Assembly (NCBI GenBank): GCA_043813875.1
Contig: JBDRKP010000039.1
Span: 1-41,055, forward strand
Reading direction: 5' to 3'
Length of the DNA stretch: 41,055 nt
Source: an archaeon
GTDB taxonomy: Archaea; EX4484-52; B79-G9
The notes below the pieces were generated by a model that worked only from the letters and a program-made list of their open reading frames with translations, ran no database searches and was not told the origin of the DNA. The stretch's first letter is position 1. Each line of letters opens with the position of its first letter. The position numbers were made by a program, and so were the translations under genes. Below, piece after piece: positions 28,149 to 36,845 of this stretch.

Positions 28149-29435
28149 ATGAAAATATTCATAGAGACATACGGGTGTGAAAGCAACCAGTACGCAACAG
28201 AGGTACTGGCGGCGCTCCTGACAAAAGCAGGCCATAAGTTGGTCCCGAAAGATGAGTCAGAACTGACCATACTGAATACATGTGCACTCGAATCAAAAAC
28301 AGAAAAGAAGATAATCACAAGACTAAAAGAACTGGATGACAGCAAACAGAAAATACTCGTCGCCGGATGCCTCACAGAAGTCCAGAAAGATAAGATACAG
28401 GAAGCTGCGCCAAGAGCATCGATCATGGGCACAAACTCAGTCACAAAAATCAACGAGATAATAGAAAAGATCCAGAACAACTTCAAAGTCACACGTATAA
28501 GAGACAACCCCAACCTCCTGATAAACCAGCCACGCTTGAGGATATACCCCACGATAGCGACAATCCAGATAGCAGAAGGCTGCCTTGATGCCTGCAGCTA
28601 CTGCGTTGACAGGACAACAAAAGGAAGCCTCATAAGCTACGAACCTGAACAGATAATCAGAGAAGTACAGAATGCACTAAAAGACGGATGCGTCGAGATG
28701 CAGCTGACCTCCCAGGACATCGCATCATACGGGCATGACAAGGGAGTAAAACTACCCGCCCTCATAAGAAAAATCTCATCCATCCCTGGAAACTTCAGGA
28801 TACGCCTGGGACAGATGAACCCTGCAAACGTCATTCCCATCCTTGACGACCTGATACTGTCATACAACCACCCGAAAGTCTACCAATACCTGGACATACC
28901 CGTACAATCCGGCTCCAACAGGATACTAAAAGAGATGCAAAGGAAGTACACAAAAGAAGAATACCAGATGATAGTCTCAGCCTTCAGGAAAAAATACCCG
29001 GAAATCACAATCTCAACAGACGTCATGATAGGTTATCCGGGCGAGACAGACGACGACTTCGGAAAGACCATAGAACTGATAAAAGAGACAAAACCAGACA
29101 TAATCAACACCTACACATATAGCGCAAGACCATTCACAAAACCAGGCCAGTCACAGATACCCCCGTGGAAAATCAAGACCTGGGCAATTGAACTCGACCA
29201 GGTCTACGACAAGATCAAAGAATCAAGAAAAGAGTCATGGCTCCACTGGCAGGGAGAAGTGGTCGTCACCCAGAAAGTCATGGGCATGTATCTTGCAAGA
29301 AACTACACATACAAGCCAATCATCCTGAAGAAAGCGACTCTGGGCGAGACAAGAATAGCAGAAATAATCGAAGAGAAACCAAGCTATTGGCTCGGCAGAT
29401 CAAACGAGGCAACAACAAAAACCACCATGTCTTGA
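28149..29435 (+). CDS. MiaB-like radical-SAM tRNA methylthiotransferase (archaeal e-MtaB type)
   Basis: ETYGC, LNTC and VAGCL (UPF0004 domain); GCLDACSYC (CxxxCxxC); PVQSGS and GYPGET; TRAM-like C-terminus. Start placed after GGGTGA. Confidence 0.88.
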   Translation: MKIFIETYGCESNQYATEVLAALLTKAGHKLVPKDESELTILNTCALESKTEKKIITRLKELDDSKQKILVAGCLTEVQKDKIQEAAPRASIMGTNSVTKINEIIEKIQNNFKVTRIRDNPNLLINQPRLRIYPTIATIQIAEGCLDACSYCVDRTTKGSLISYEPEQIIREVQNALKDGCVEMQLTSQDIASYGHDKGVKLPALIRKISSIPGNFRIRLGQMNPANVIPILDDLILSYNHPKVYQYLDIPVQSGSNRILKEMQRKYTKEEYQMIVSAFRKKYPEITISTDVMIGYPGETDDDFGKTIELIKETKPDIINTYTYSARPFTKPGQSQIPPWKIKTWAIELDQVYDKIKESRKESWLHWQGEVVVTQKVMGMYLARNYTYKPIILKKATLGETRIAEIIEEKPSYWLGRSNEATTKTTMS

Positions 29436-29476
29436 CAACCTTCACTATAAACTTATAGCATAGGATGATGATTTGA

Positions 29477-30286
29477 TTGAAACTGGGCGTTAGCACAACA
29501 ATTTCTACCGGCGAGATATATTCACAGGAATATCTCACCATGAAAGAAAAATTATTCCTGACACAGCAGATTGCCCTGGACTTCGCAGAAAAGCACAAGC
29601 TGAAATACGTAGAATTATCGATACTCGATCCCTACAGCATAAAAGACATAGACCAGTCCGGATTCAAAAACATGCTTTCAGCGTACAGTTTTAGATACAC
29701 ATACCACGCACCCATATTCGAGATAAACCTCGGAGCGACAAACCAAAGCTGGAGAAAGCTGTCCGTAAAACTGCTGAACGAACACATCCGGTTCGCAAAG
29801 GCAATGGATATAGAAAACATCGTCATCCACGCCTACAGGCCGATGGGCCTTGACATGTTTTTCCTCGAGCGCATCATGGAAAACACAATCCAGTCCATGG
29901 CCGAGATACACAGCAAAAACGACACTGGGGTAAAAATCCTCATAGAGAATCTCCCGAACCCCGGCGACCTTTTCAGCAGCCCGGAAACACTAGCGCTCAT
30001 GGAAAACACATGCTACTGCTACGACACATCCCATGCGAACTGCGCAGGCTACGAGCAAAAAGACTTCATCGCCCATCTTGGAAAAAACATAAAAGAAGTC
30101 CATGTCATTGACGGCATAAAAAACCACCCAGACATGCACCTTCCCATCGGCAAAGGCGACATAGACTTCAAAGAGACCCAAAAGGCCCTGAAAAACATAA
30201 ACTACACCGGCCCTGTGATTCTTGAAGCATTCTCCCTGGAAGACGCCACGACAAGCATAAAGAAACTGAAAGACATCTTCAGATAA
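29477..30286 (+). CDS. Sugar-phosphate isomerase/epimerase / AP-endonuclease-2 family TIM-barrel protein
   Basis: YHAP..INL, IVIH, LIEN, YDTSHA, VHVIDG, DMHLPIGKGDIDF and ILE metal-binding motifs; TTG start. Confidence 0.85.
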   Translation: MKLGVSTTISTGEIYSQEYLTMKEKLFLTQQIALDFAEKHKLKYVELSILDPYSIKDIDQSGFKNMLSAYSFRYTYHAPIFEINLGATNQSWRKLSVKLLNEHIRFAKAMDIENIVIHAYRPMGLDMFFLERIMENTIQSMAEIHSKNDTGVKILIENLPNPGDLFSSPETLALMENTCYCYDTSHANCAGYEQKDFIAHLGKNIKEVHVIDGIKNHPDMHLPIGKGDIDFKETQKALKNINYTGPVILEAFSLEDATTSIKKLKDIFR

Positions 30287-30323
30287 AATAATGGCTGAAG
30301 CCACTCATTCTTAAGCGCTCCAT

Positions 30324-30635
30324 TCATCCAAGTATCTTCGCGATATCCATCAAAAGAGCCGGAAGCGCCTTGATAAGTATTATCACCATCAGTATTCCTT
30401 TGATAGAAGCCAAAGGGACAGCCGCAAAATAAAGAAGCAGGACAGCAAAGACATCGGTGAGGCTCATGACAATCCCGGGTATGAAAAGGAAAGGCATATA
30501 CACCAAAGACACAGCGCCCTTAGCCAAAAGCAGGAAGATGATAGCATTGACAAGAAACGACGGCCCCGGGACATCGCCGAAATAAAGCAGCGCCGCAACA
30601 AAAATATCGATAACCCCAAAAATCTTATGAATCAT
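30324..30635 (-). CDS. Small 4-TM membrane protein with an internal duplication
   Basis: DIFVAALLYF...LLAKG resembles DVFAVLLLYF...ILIKA. Start placed at the second ATG after AGGTGG. Confidence 0.7.
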   Translation of the reverse strand: MIHKIFGVIDIFVAALLYFGDVPGPSFLVNAIIFLLLAKGAVSLVYMPFLFIPGIVMSLTDVFAVLLLYFAAVPLASIKGILMVIILIKALPALLMDIAKILG

Positions 30636-31024
30636 GACCATCCACCTTTCCTTCTTTTATCCGCATCATTTCAATTTGATTGATCTGATTAGATTAGATT
30701 TAATATAATCGGATTGCTTTCATTTCCAAAAAAAATCAAAATCAATCAACCACATCTGGTTAAGTTAACCAGCATAATGGCAATAAAACTAATGCCAAAA
30801 TAAACTTTAAATATCTTTGCAAAACTGAACTTTTGCATTTTTTGCCTTGAGACACCGTATTTAAGCCATAGCAAATCGTTTTTAAAATAAGTTACGGCAT
30901 TACAATCCGTATGAACTGTTTCAATAATAATATACTGATTTAACTCTAAAAACGCAAACGGAAGGATACACACTCAAAATGGTAACAAAAACATTTATAT
31001 ATGTAAGTATGTATCTTAACTAAT

Positions 31025-31519
31025 ATGCATTGCATAAATCATCCAAAAATTAAATCAACTGGAGCTTGTGTAGAGTGTGGCAAGTTATTCTGTGACCAAT
31101 GCATCCTTTTAGTTGGGAGAAAAAGATACTGTAAAGAATGTGCTGCTGAAATATTGAAAGAAGGGGACGAATCAAATAGTTTAACATTAAATAAAGTAAA
31201 ACATAATGGGATTGTAATAACGCAACAAACAACCAATATTCAAACACCCTCATCACACACTGAAGATATAGAAACCCACATGAGCAAAGAAACTATGGAA
31301 AAAATATTCAAATATTTTGTTAGTATTTTCTATGCCATTTTAACTTTTACTTATCTTGAGCAGGGAACACCTATTTTTTTATTCTTGTTATTAGTTTCAC
31401 TAATTTGGTTACCACCTTTTGAAAGTTGGATAAATGAAAAATTGAAGATTACTATTCCATTATGGCTTAAAATAATATTTATAATATTATCTTTTATCTT
31501 AATTGGAATTTCAGGGTGA
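31025..31519 (+). CDS. B-box-like zinc-finger membrane protein
   Basis: CxxH...CxxCG..FC..C...YCxxC, IVITQQTTN, about 3 C-terminal TM helices. Confidence 0.78.
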   Translation: MHCINHPKIKSTGACVECGKLFCDQCILLVGRKRYCKECAAEILKEGDESNSLTLNKVKHNGIVITQQTTNIQTPSSHTEDIETHMSKETMEKIFKYFVSIFYAILTFTYLEQGTPIFLFLLLVSLIWLPPFESWINEKLKITIPLWLKIIFIILSFILIGISG

Positions 31520-31525
31520 ATATAA

Positions 31526-31849
31526 ATGAAATGTCAAAATCATAAAAATAAAGATTCAGTAGCTACTTGTACTGGTTGTGGAAATCCATTCTGTGACGAT
31601 TGCATGATAAAAGTCGGAAGAAAAAATATGTGTAAAGAGTGCGCTAGTGAAAAGCTAAAAGATAATGAAACAGAATCAAAAAAGAGTTCAGCACAACCAA
31701 ATATAGTAATAACCCAACAGACAACAAATCAGCAGTCTGCTCATACAGACTCAGATAAACCTCGAGGAAGTGGATTTTGGCTGTGTTTTTGGATACTTGT
31801 TTTTTGGCCTGTTGCGATAATCTATTATTTTATGCGCAGATGGAAATAA
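31526..31849 (+). CDS. B-box-like zinc-finger membrane protein (paralog of the upstream gene)
   Basis: CxxH...CxxCG..FC..C...CxxC, IVITQQTTN, C-terminal hydrophobic WILVFWPVAIIYYF. Confidence 0.78.
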   Translation: MKCQNHKNKDSVATCTGCGNPFCDDCMIKVGRKNMCKECASEKLKDNETESKKSSAQPNIVITQQTTNQQSAHTDSDKPRGSGFWLCFWILVFWPVAIIYYFMRRWK

Positions 31850-31852
31850 TAT

Positions 31853-32278
31853 ATGACCCACATTTTATTAAGTCATCACTATCCTAAGGAGTATAATCAT
31901 TGTATTACATTTAGATTAAAAGGAAAGGTTTATCATCTATGCGCACGGTGCTTAGGGTATTTTTCATCTTTCTTTATTTTCTTAGGGTTATACATCTTTA
32001 TTAATGAATATTTGCTACCTGTTGACGGAATGATTATCTATTTACTTCCTTCTTTTGCGTTTATTGATTGGGGTTTGACTAAGACTAAAATATATAATGG
32101 AAATAACCAGATAAGATACACAACTGGTTTTTTATTGGGCATCGCAGGTTCTAGATTGATTTTTTTGTTTTTTAACAACCCTTATAATTATGCCATATAT
32201 ATTAGTGTAGCAATATATTTTATGATAACTACAATCATAATTTATTTAAGCAAATTTTTATTGAAAGTGTCTAAATAA
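31853..32278 (+). CDS. DUF2085-like membrane protein
   Basis: LSHH, LCARCLG, P...IDWG and N..RY.TG.LLG motifs; about 4 TM helices. Confidence 0.72.
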   Translation: MTHILLSHHYPKEYNHCITFRLKGKVYHLCARCLGYFSSFFIFLGLYIFINEYLLPVDGMIIYLLPSFAFIDWGLTKTKIYNGNNQIRYTTGFLLGIAGSRLIFLFFNNPYNYAIYISVAIYFMITTIIIYLSKFLLKVSK

Positions 32279-32391
32279 CCTGAACTATTACATTTTTTGC
32301 CCTGAAAATGACGATTTGCGCCACAACACATAATTTCTAGAACAAGTTACGATATCACACGCGTCTACAAAAAAATATCTAAAAACAGCTC

Positions 32392-34239
32392 CTATTCACC
32401 CATCTCATCCTTGATGATCTCAACAATCCTCTTGTTATCGATCTTCCCGCGGAGCGCTCCCATGCACTTCCCGATGATCTGCTTCATCTGCGCACCCTTC
32501 TCCTTCCTAACCTTCTTGATGATGCCCTTGATCACATCCCGCGCCTCATCCTCGCTCATAAGCCCAAGACCCTTGCTCTCTACAACCTCAAGGACAGAAT
32601 ACTCAGAACCGGCAATATAGCGAAGGATTACAGGAATCACATCCTTCGTGATCTTCCCCTCGCGCACAAGACCAAAAATCTCAAAAAAGACATCATCCCG
32701 TATGCTTCCGACATCCACATTCTCCCGTGTCTTCAGATCCGAAAGCACATTCACAAACACATTGCATGCAAGCTTCGGCTCTGCGCCAAGAAGAACACTC
32801 TTTTCAAACAATTCAAGATACTCCGAATTCACAATCTGCATCGCAAGCTCCTTATTCAGCCCAAGCACCTTCTGGAACCTCTCCTGCTTCTCATCCATAG
32901 TCTCAGGCATCTTTATCCCGGCAATCATATCCCTGGGAATAGCGACATACCTCACATCAGTCTCAGGATACATCCTGCTCGCGCCGGGAAGCGGCCTCAT
33001 ATATTCGCTATCAGCATTAGGAAGCGCTCTACGCGTCTCCTCAGGCACGCCAGAAGCAAGCCCGTTCACCCGGTCACATACAGCCTCAAGCGCACGCCTT
33101 GCCGTATCCTTATCAGCCGCGACAATGACAAGCATATCATCCCTGCCCGCCTTCAGCCTGCTTTCGAGCTTCTCGAACTCAGTAACAAGCCCGTAATTAT
33201 CAATATCCTCATCAGTATGGATAATGCCCTTCACATGCGCCTTCACCCTCGCATAATTCGCAACCTCGTTGCCCAAAGTCCTGTGCGCATGAAGCTTCTT
33301 CTTGAAAAACCCGGAAAATCCTGCAATCTTCATGCCATAGACACTCTTGCCGCGCACAATCTTGGATTGCGACTTGGAAAAAATATCAGTGACATCAGCC
33401 ATATCGCACTTATGCCCGCCAAGTTTCAAAGAAGCAAGTTCATCGCGTAAATCAACAAGACTCTTCTGCCGCTCAACCTCGAGGCGCACAAGCTCAGGAA
33501 TCATACGCAGATCCTGCGCTCCCTTGACCTCGACCCTCGCCCCGTCCCTGATGGAAACATTCACATCCTGCCGGATAGTGCCGATACCCCTTTTGACTTT
33601 GCCCGTGCTCTTAAGGATCATCCCAAGCTTCTCTGCAACCTCGCGGCAATGCTCAGGCGACACGATATCAGTATCCGTACCTATTTCCACAAGCGGCACA
33701 CCCAGCCGGTCAAGCCTGTAATGGACAGACTCACCCTCTTCAAGAACCTTGGGCGCAGAATCCTCTTCAATGCTCAGGTTGACAATACCCACGCGCCCCT
33801 CGCTGGTCTCAATATAGCCATCATAAGCAAGAAGCGCAGTCCTCTGGAACCCGGAAACAGAACTCCCATCGACAACAGTCTTCCGCATCACATGCATCTC
33901 ATCAACAACCTTCATATTAAGCATAAGCGATATCGTAAGAACAATTTCAAGCGCCTCCTTGTTTATGTTCGAAGGCGGCTCATCGTCAAGCTCCACAAGG
34001 CAGGATGTATCCGGATTGTAATTATAGACAAAAGTCTTGCCCTTCATCATCTCATGGAGAGCAGCCCGGTCGACCTTCCCAAGCTCACCTGCGACAGCCC
34101 GAAGATTCCGGGTTATCTTGAAAGGAAAACTATCGCTCTTCTCATTGGCACAGCGGCAGAAAAGCTTCTTTTTAGACGCAAGCTGCCTGTGTATCTCGAT
34201 CCCGCACCTGAACCCCAGTTTCTTATAATCAATATCCAT
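32392..34239 (-). CDS. gatE: Glu-tRNA(Gln) amidotransferase subunit E
   Basis: GIEIHRQL, KLFC, CLVELDDEPP, MRK.VVDGS..SGFQRT, GTIRQDVNVSI and RPLPGASRMYPETD motifs. Confidence 0.96.
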   Translation of the reverse strand: MDIDYKKLGFRCGIEIHRQLASKKKLFCRCANEKSDSFPFKITRNLRAVAGELGKVDRAALHEMMKGKTFVYNYNPDTSCLVELDDEPPSNINKEALEIVLTISLMLNMKVVDEMHVMRKTVVDGSSVSGFQRTALLAYDGYIETSEGRVGIVNLSIEEDSAPKVLEEGESVHYRLDRLGVPLVEIGTDTDIVSPEHCREVAEKLGMILKSTGKVKRGIGTIRQDVNVSIRDGARVEVKGAQDLRMIPELVRLEVERQKSLVDLRDELASLKLGGHKCDMADVTDIFSKSQSKIVRGKSVYGMKIAGFSGFFKKKLHAHRTLGNEVANYARVKAHVKGIIHTDEDIDNYGLVTEFEKLESRLKAGRDDMLVIVAADKDTARRALEAVCDRVNGLASGVPEETRRALPNADSEYMRPLPGASRMYPETDVRYVAIPRDMIAGIKMPETMDEKQERFQKVLGLNKELAMQIVNSEYLELFEKSVLLGAEPKLACNVFVNVLSDLKTRENVDVGSIRDDVFFEIFGLVREGKITKDVIPVILRYIAGSEYSVLEVVESKGLGLMSEDEARDVIKGIIKKVRKEKGAQMKQIIGKCMGALRGKIDNKRIVEIIKDEMGE

Positions 34240-34244
34240 AGCAA

Positions 34245-35888
34245 TCACAAAAGACCAAGCTTATCGATCTGTATCTCAAACGCGCTGACAGGCGCCTCAA
34301 TATTGAAATTATTAAGCACCTGTGGATGCACCTCCCCAAGATACCCGACACTCTTATCATCAACAATTACCTGGGCGCACCTGCCGTCAATATAAGACGG
34401 GCAATACGCTTCCCTGATCGTGAATGTCACCCCGAGATTATCAAGAATACCAGAAAGCACAGCCTTGATCTCAGTGAATTCGGCAGTAGTGTCCGCGATC
34501 ACAACAGAAAGGCTCAGCATCTCACGGGCATTAGTCTCACTCGACTTATCAGGCACTATGACCTTCCCGGCCTCAAACAACCTCTGCGGATATTCATAGC
34601 GCGTGTTCTCGGAAAGTATCTTAAAAAGACCAGGAAGAAGCGCATTCCTCAGCGCATTATATTCAACATTCACCGCATTGGCAGTCGTAATGATGCCATC
34701 GTCTTCCTTTCGCACGAACCGCGTAAGATGCTCCTTATTCACCAGGTGATACGATATGCACTCAAGCAATCCAAAACCGATTGCCGCATCTGTCACCTTC
34801 CTCACAAGTATAGTCTCTTTCGACTCCTCGCCGACAGTCGCAATCTTAGGCATATCCTCCCTGAAATTCTCATAACCATAAGCGATAGCTACATCCTCCA
34901 CAAGATCAATCGGATGCAGTATATCAGTCCTGTAAGCAGGAACAAGAACAGACAGCATGCCGCCAGCAGACGGCTTTACTCCGTAGCGCATCTTAAGAAG
35001 CAGTCCGGCGACATCATCCCCTGATAGCCCAAGCCCCAAAAGCTTATTGACGTAATCCACAGATAGCCCCATTTCCGAAGGCATAAGTCGGGGGCTGATA
35101 GCACCATCAAGCTTCACAGAATAGAGCTTTCCGCCCTCATCTGCAAGCGCAGTCACCAGAATATTCAGCGCCTGCTCAGTAGCCTTCCTATCAAGGCCAG
35201 TGACCTCGATAAAGAGATTCCTGGTCTTTGCCGTGACAATAGTCTTCGCCGCATTGATGATGGGCGGGAACGACAGGACCTCGCCATCTGCATCAAGCCA
35301 CACAGGATACTTTTTCCCGAGAGCAAGGTGCCGATAAGCCTTTCCTTTAGGATGCTTAAGAAGTATCTCACCAATAGTCATCTCCTTGGTGAAATCAAGC
35401 GGCACGAACTTGAAATCCCCGCCGACAGTCGTATAAGTGACAGGGAACTTCACAGCATCAAGATCATGCACCCCGATAGACGCATTCTTCCTGTTCCGCG
35501 AATGAGTCATATGAAGCTTCTCCTGCATCTGCATGAGCGCAACTATCAACTCATCATCAATATCAACATCCTTCACGACCGCACACATCGTATGCTCCCG
35601 GACATCCTTGACAGATGCATCCACTTTTGCAACATAACTTTTGTCACTATATATCTTGCACTCCAAAAGACCCGTCTCAATATCCATAAATCCGCGAAGC
35701 GCACGCGCCATGCCTGCCTCAGACATCAGGTCAGGCCTGTTCGGGAACACCTCGACAACAATCTCATTATCAGTAATCCCCTCAAGATCAGTCCCAAGCA
35801 TAGAGATCTTCAGAGCAAGACTATCGTCATCTAGTTTTTTGCCCAGGATCAGAAGAACCTGTTTCTTATTTAACGTCACAGTCGGCAT
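34245..35888 (-). CDS. pheT: Phenylalanine--tRNA ligase beta subunit (archaeal type)
   Basis: PNRPDL, QEKLH, IGVHDLD, SFPPIIN, YRTDILHPIDLVEDVAIAYGY and GEVHP motifs. Confidence 0.96.
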   Translation of the reverse strand: MPTVTLNKKQVLLILGKKLDDDSLALKISMLGTDLEGITDNEIVVEVFPNRPDLMSEAGMARALRGFMDIETGLLECKIYSDKSYVAKVDASVKDVREHTMCAVVKDVDIDDELIVALMQMQEKLHMTHSRNRKNASIGVHDLDAVKFPVTYTTVGGDFKFVPLDFTKEMTIGEILLKHPKGKAYRHLALGKKYPVWLDADGEVLSFPPIINAAKTIVTAKTRNLFIEVTGLDRKATEQALNILVTALADEGGKLYSVKLDGAISPRLMPSEMGLSVDYVNKLLGLGLSGDDVAGLLLKMRYGVKPSAGGMLSVLVPAYRTDILHPIDLVEDVAIAYGYENFREDMPKIATVGEESKETILVRKVTDAAIGFGLLECISYHLVNKEHLTRFVRKEDDGIITTANAVNVEYNALRNALLPGLFKILSENTRYEYPQRLFEAGKVIVPDKSSETNAREMLSLSVVIADTTAEFTEIKAVLSGILDNLGVTFTIREAYCPSYIDGRCAQVIVDDKSVGYLGEVHPQVLNNFNIEAPVSAFEIQIDKLGLL

Positions 35889-35891
35889 AAT

Positions 35892-36611
35892 TCACACCTT
35901 GTCACAGACAAATACCTGATAACCTGTCTTCTCATCAGGCTTCTCATGTCTGACTAATTTAAACCCTGCTTCCTTAAGCATAGACTTCAACTTAAGAGGA
36001 GTCTCGACATATTCCCCGTCCCTGTAATATACATCCCGCATGCCCCTGAAAGCAGCATCAACTGCCCGCGGACCAATATACTTCAAAGCATTCTGCGCTT
36101 CATAGCTCCATCTGTCGATAATATGTTTAAGGCGCCTCACGCTTCCGATATCACCATCAACTGCAACAGTAACATCAGCAAGTATGAACCTGCCGCCACC
36201 CTTAAGAGAGCGATATATCCGCCTGAATGCCTCTGCCTTAGCATCCTCCTTTAGATGATGGATAGAAAATGCAGCAACAGCAAGGTCGAAAGTATCCTCA
36301 AGGCCTATTTCAGAGGCGCATACATTGACAAACTCCATATCAGCGCCAATAGCCTGTGCTTTTTTTCCCGCGATTTTCATCATCTCGCAAGAGACATCAA
36401 TCCCCGTAATTTTGCAGGGAATCATATTGAATATTCTCAGACTGACATTCCCGGTACCGACACCGACATCAAGCACTTTTGCGCCGGAGGCGATAGAGGT
36501 ATTTTTAAGAATGATATCCATTACTTTATCATATACAGGAAAACGAGGAAGATACTCATCATATCCTCCAGCGCACATGTCAAACAATTCCTTCGCTTTA
36601 GCATCAGCCAT
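35892..36611 (-). CDS. Class I SAM-dependent methyltransferase
   Basis: VLDVGVGTG, GIDVS..M, FD...AAFSIHHL and LKGGG.FI..D motifs. Confidence 0.88.
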   Translation of the reverse strand: MADAKAKELFDMCAGGYDEYLPRFPVYDKVMDIILKNTSIASGAKVLDVGVGTGNVSLRIFNMIPCKITGIDVSCEMMKIAGKKAQAIGADMEFVNVCASEIGLEDTFDLAVAAFSIHHLKEDAKAEAFRRIYRSLKGGGRFILADVTVAVDGDIGSVRRLKHIIDRWSYEAQNALKYIGPRAVDAAFRGMRDVYYRDGEYVETPLKLKSMLKEAGFKLVRHEKPDEKTGYQVFVCDKV

Positions 36612-36644
36612 TTAATTCACACATCCACTTGCAGTCTTACAACA

Positions 36645-36845
36645 TCACATATTCGCCATTATCTTAAGAAAATCCTTGTCTTTTTTAAGCAGTTGGTTTA
36701 TTTCAGATATTGCCTTTCTCTTACTTATTTTCTGCTCCGTTATTTTTCCATTTTCCAATACAAACTCAGTGAAATATTCTCTTTTCATTTTCATCTCTCG
36801 TTTAGGACCAGTACTTGGAACAATTATTTTTCTCATCTCATCCAC
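36645..36845 (-). CDS. Small basic hypothetical protein
   Basis: 66-aa ORF overlapping the pheS stop and filling the gap; AT-rich. Confidence 0.5.
   Translation of the reverse strand: MDEMRKIIVPSTGPKREMKMKREYFTEFVLENGKITEQKISKRKAISEINQLLKKDKDFLKIMANM

Larger units (their letters stand above)
30825..32307. mobile_element. AT-rich three-gene cassette bounded by 28-bp imperfect direct repeats
   Basis: CTGAACTTTTGCATTTTTTGCCTTGAGA (30825-30852) vs CTGAACTATTACATTTTTTGCCCTGAAA (32280-32307), 24/28 identical. The interior is visibly AT/T-rich compared with the flanks. No recombinase gene is present. Confidence 0.5.

Noticed and set aside
30746..30973. 75-aa minus-strand ORF
   Set aside because: No motif or RBS, and it crosses the putative cassette boundary; likely non-coding.
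33649..35834. Long plus-strand ORFs (248, 232 and 168 aa)
   Set aside because: Antisense shadows of gatE and pheT.
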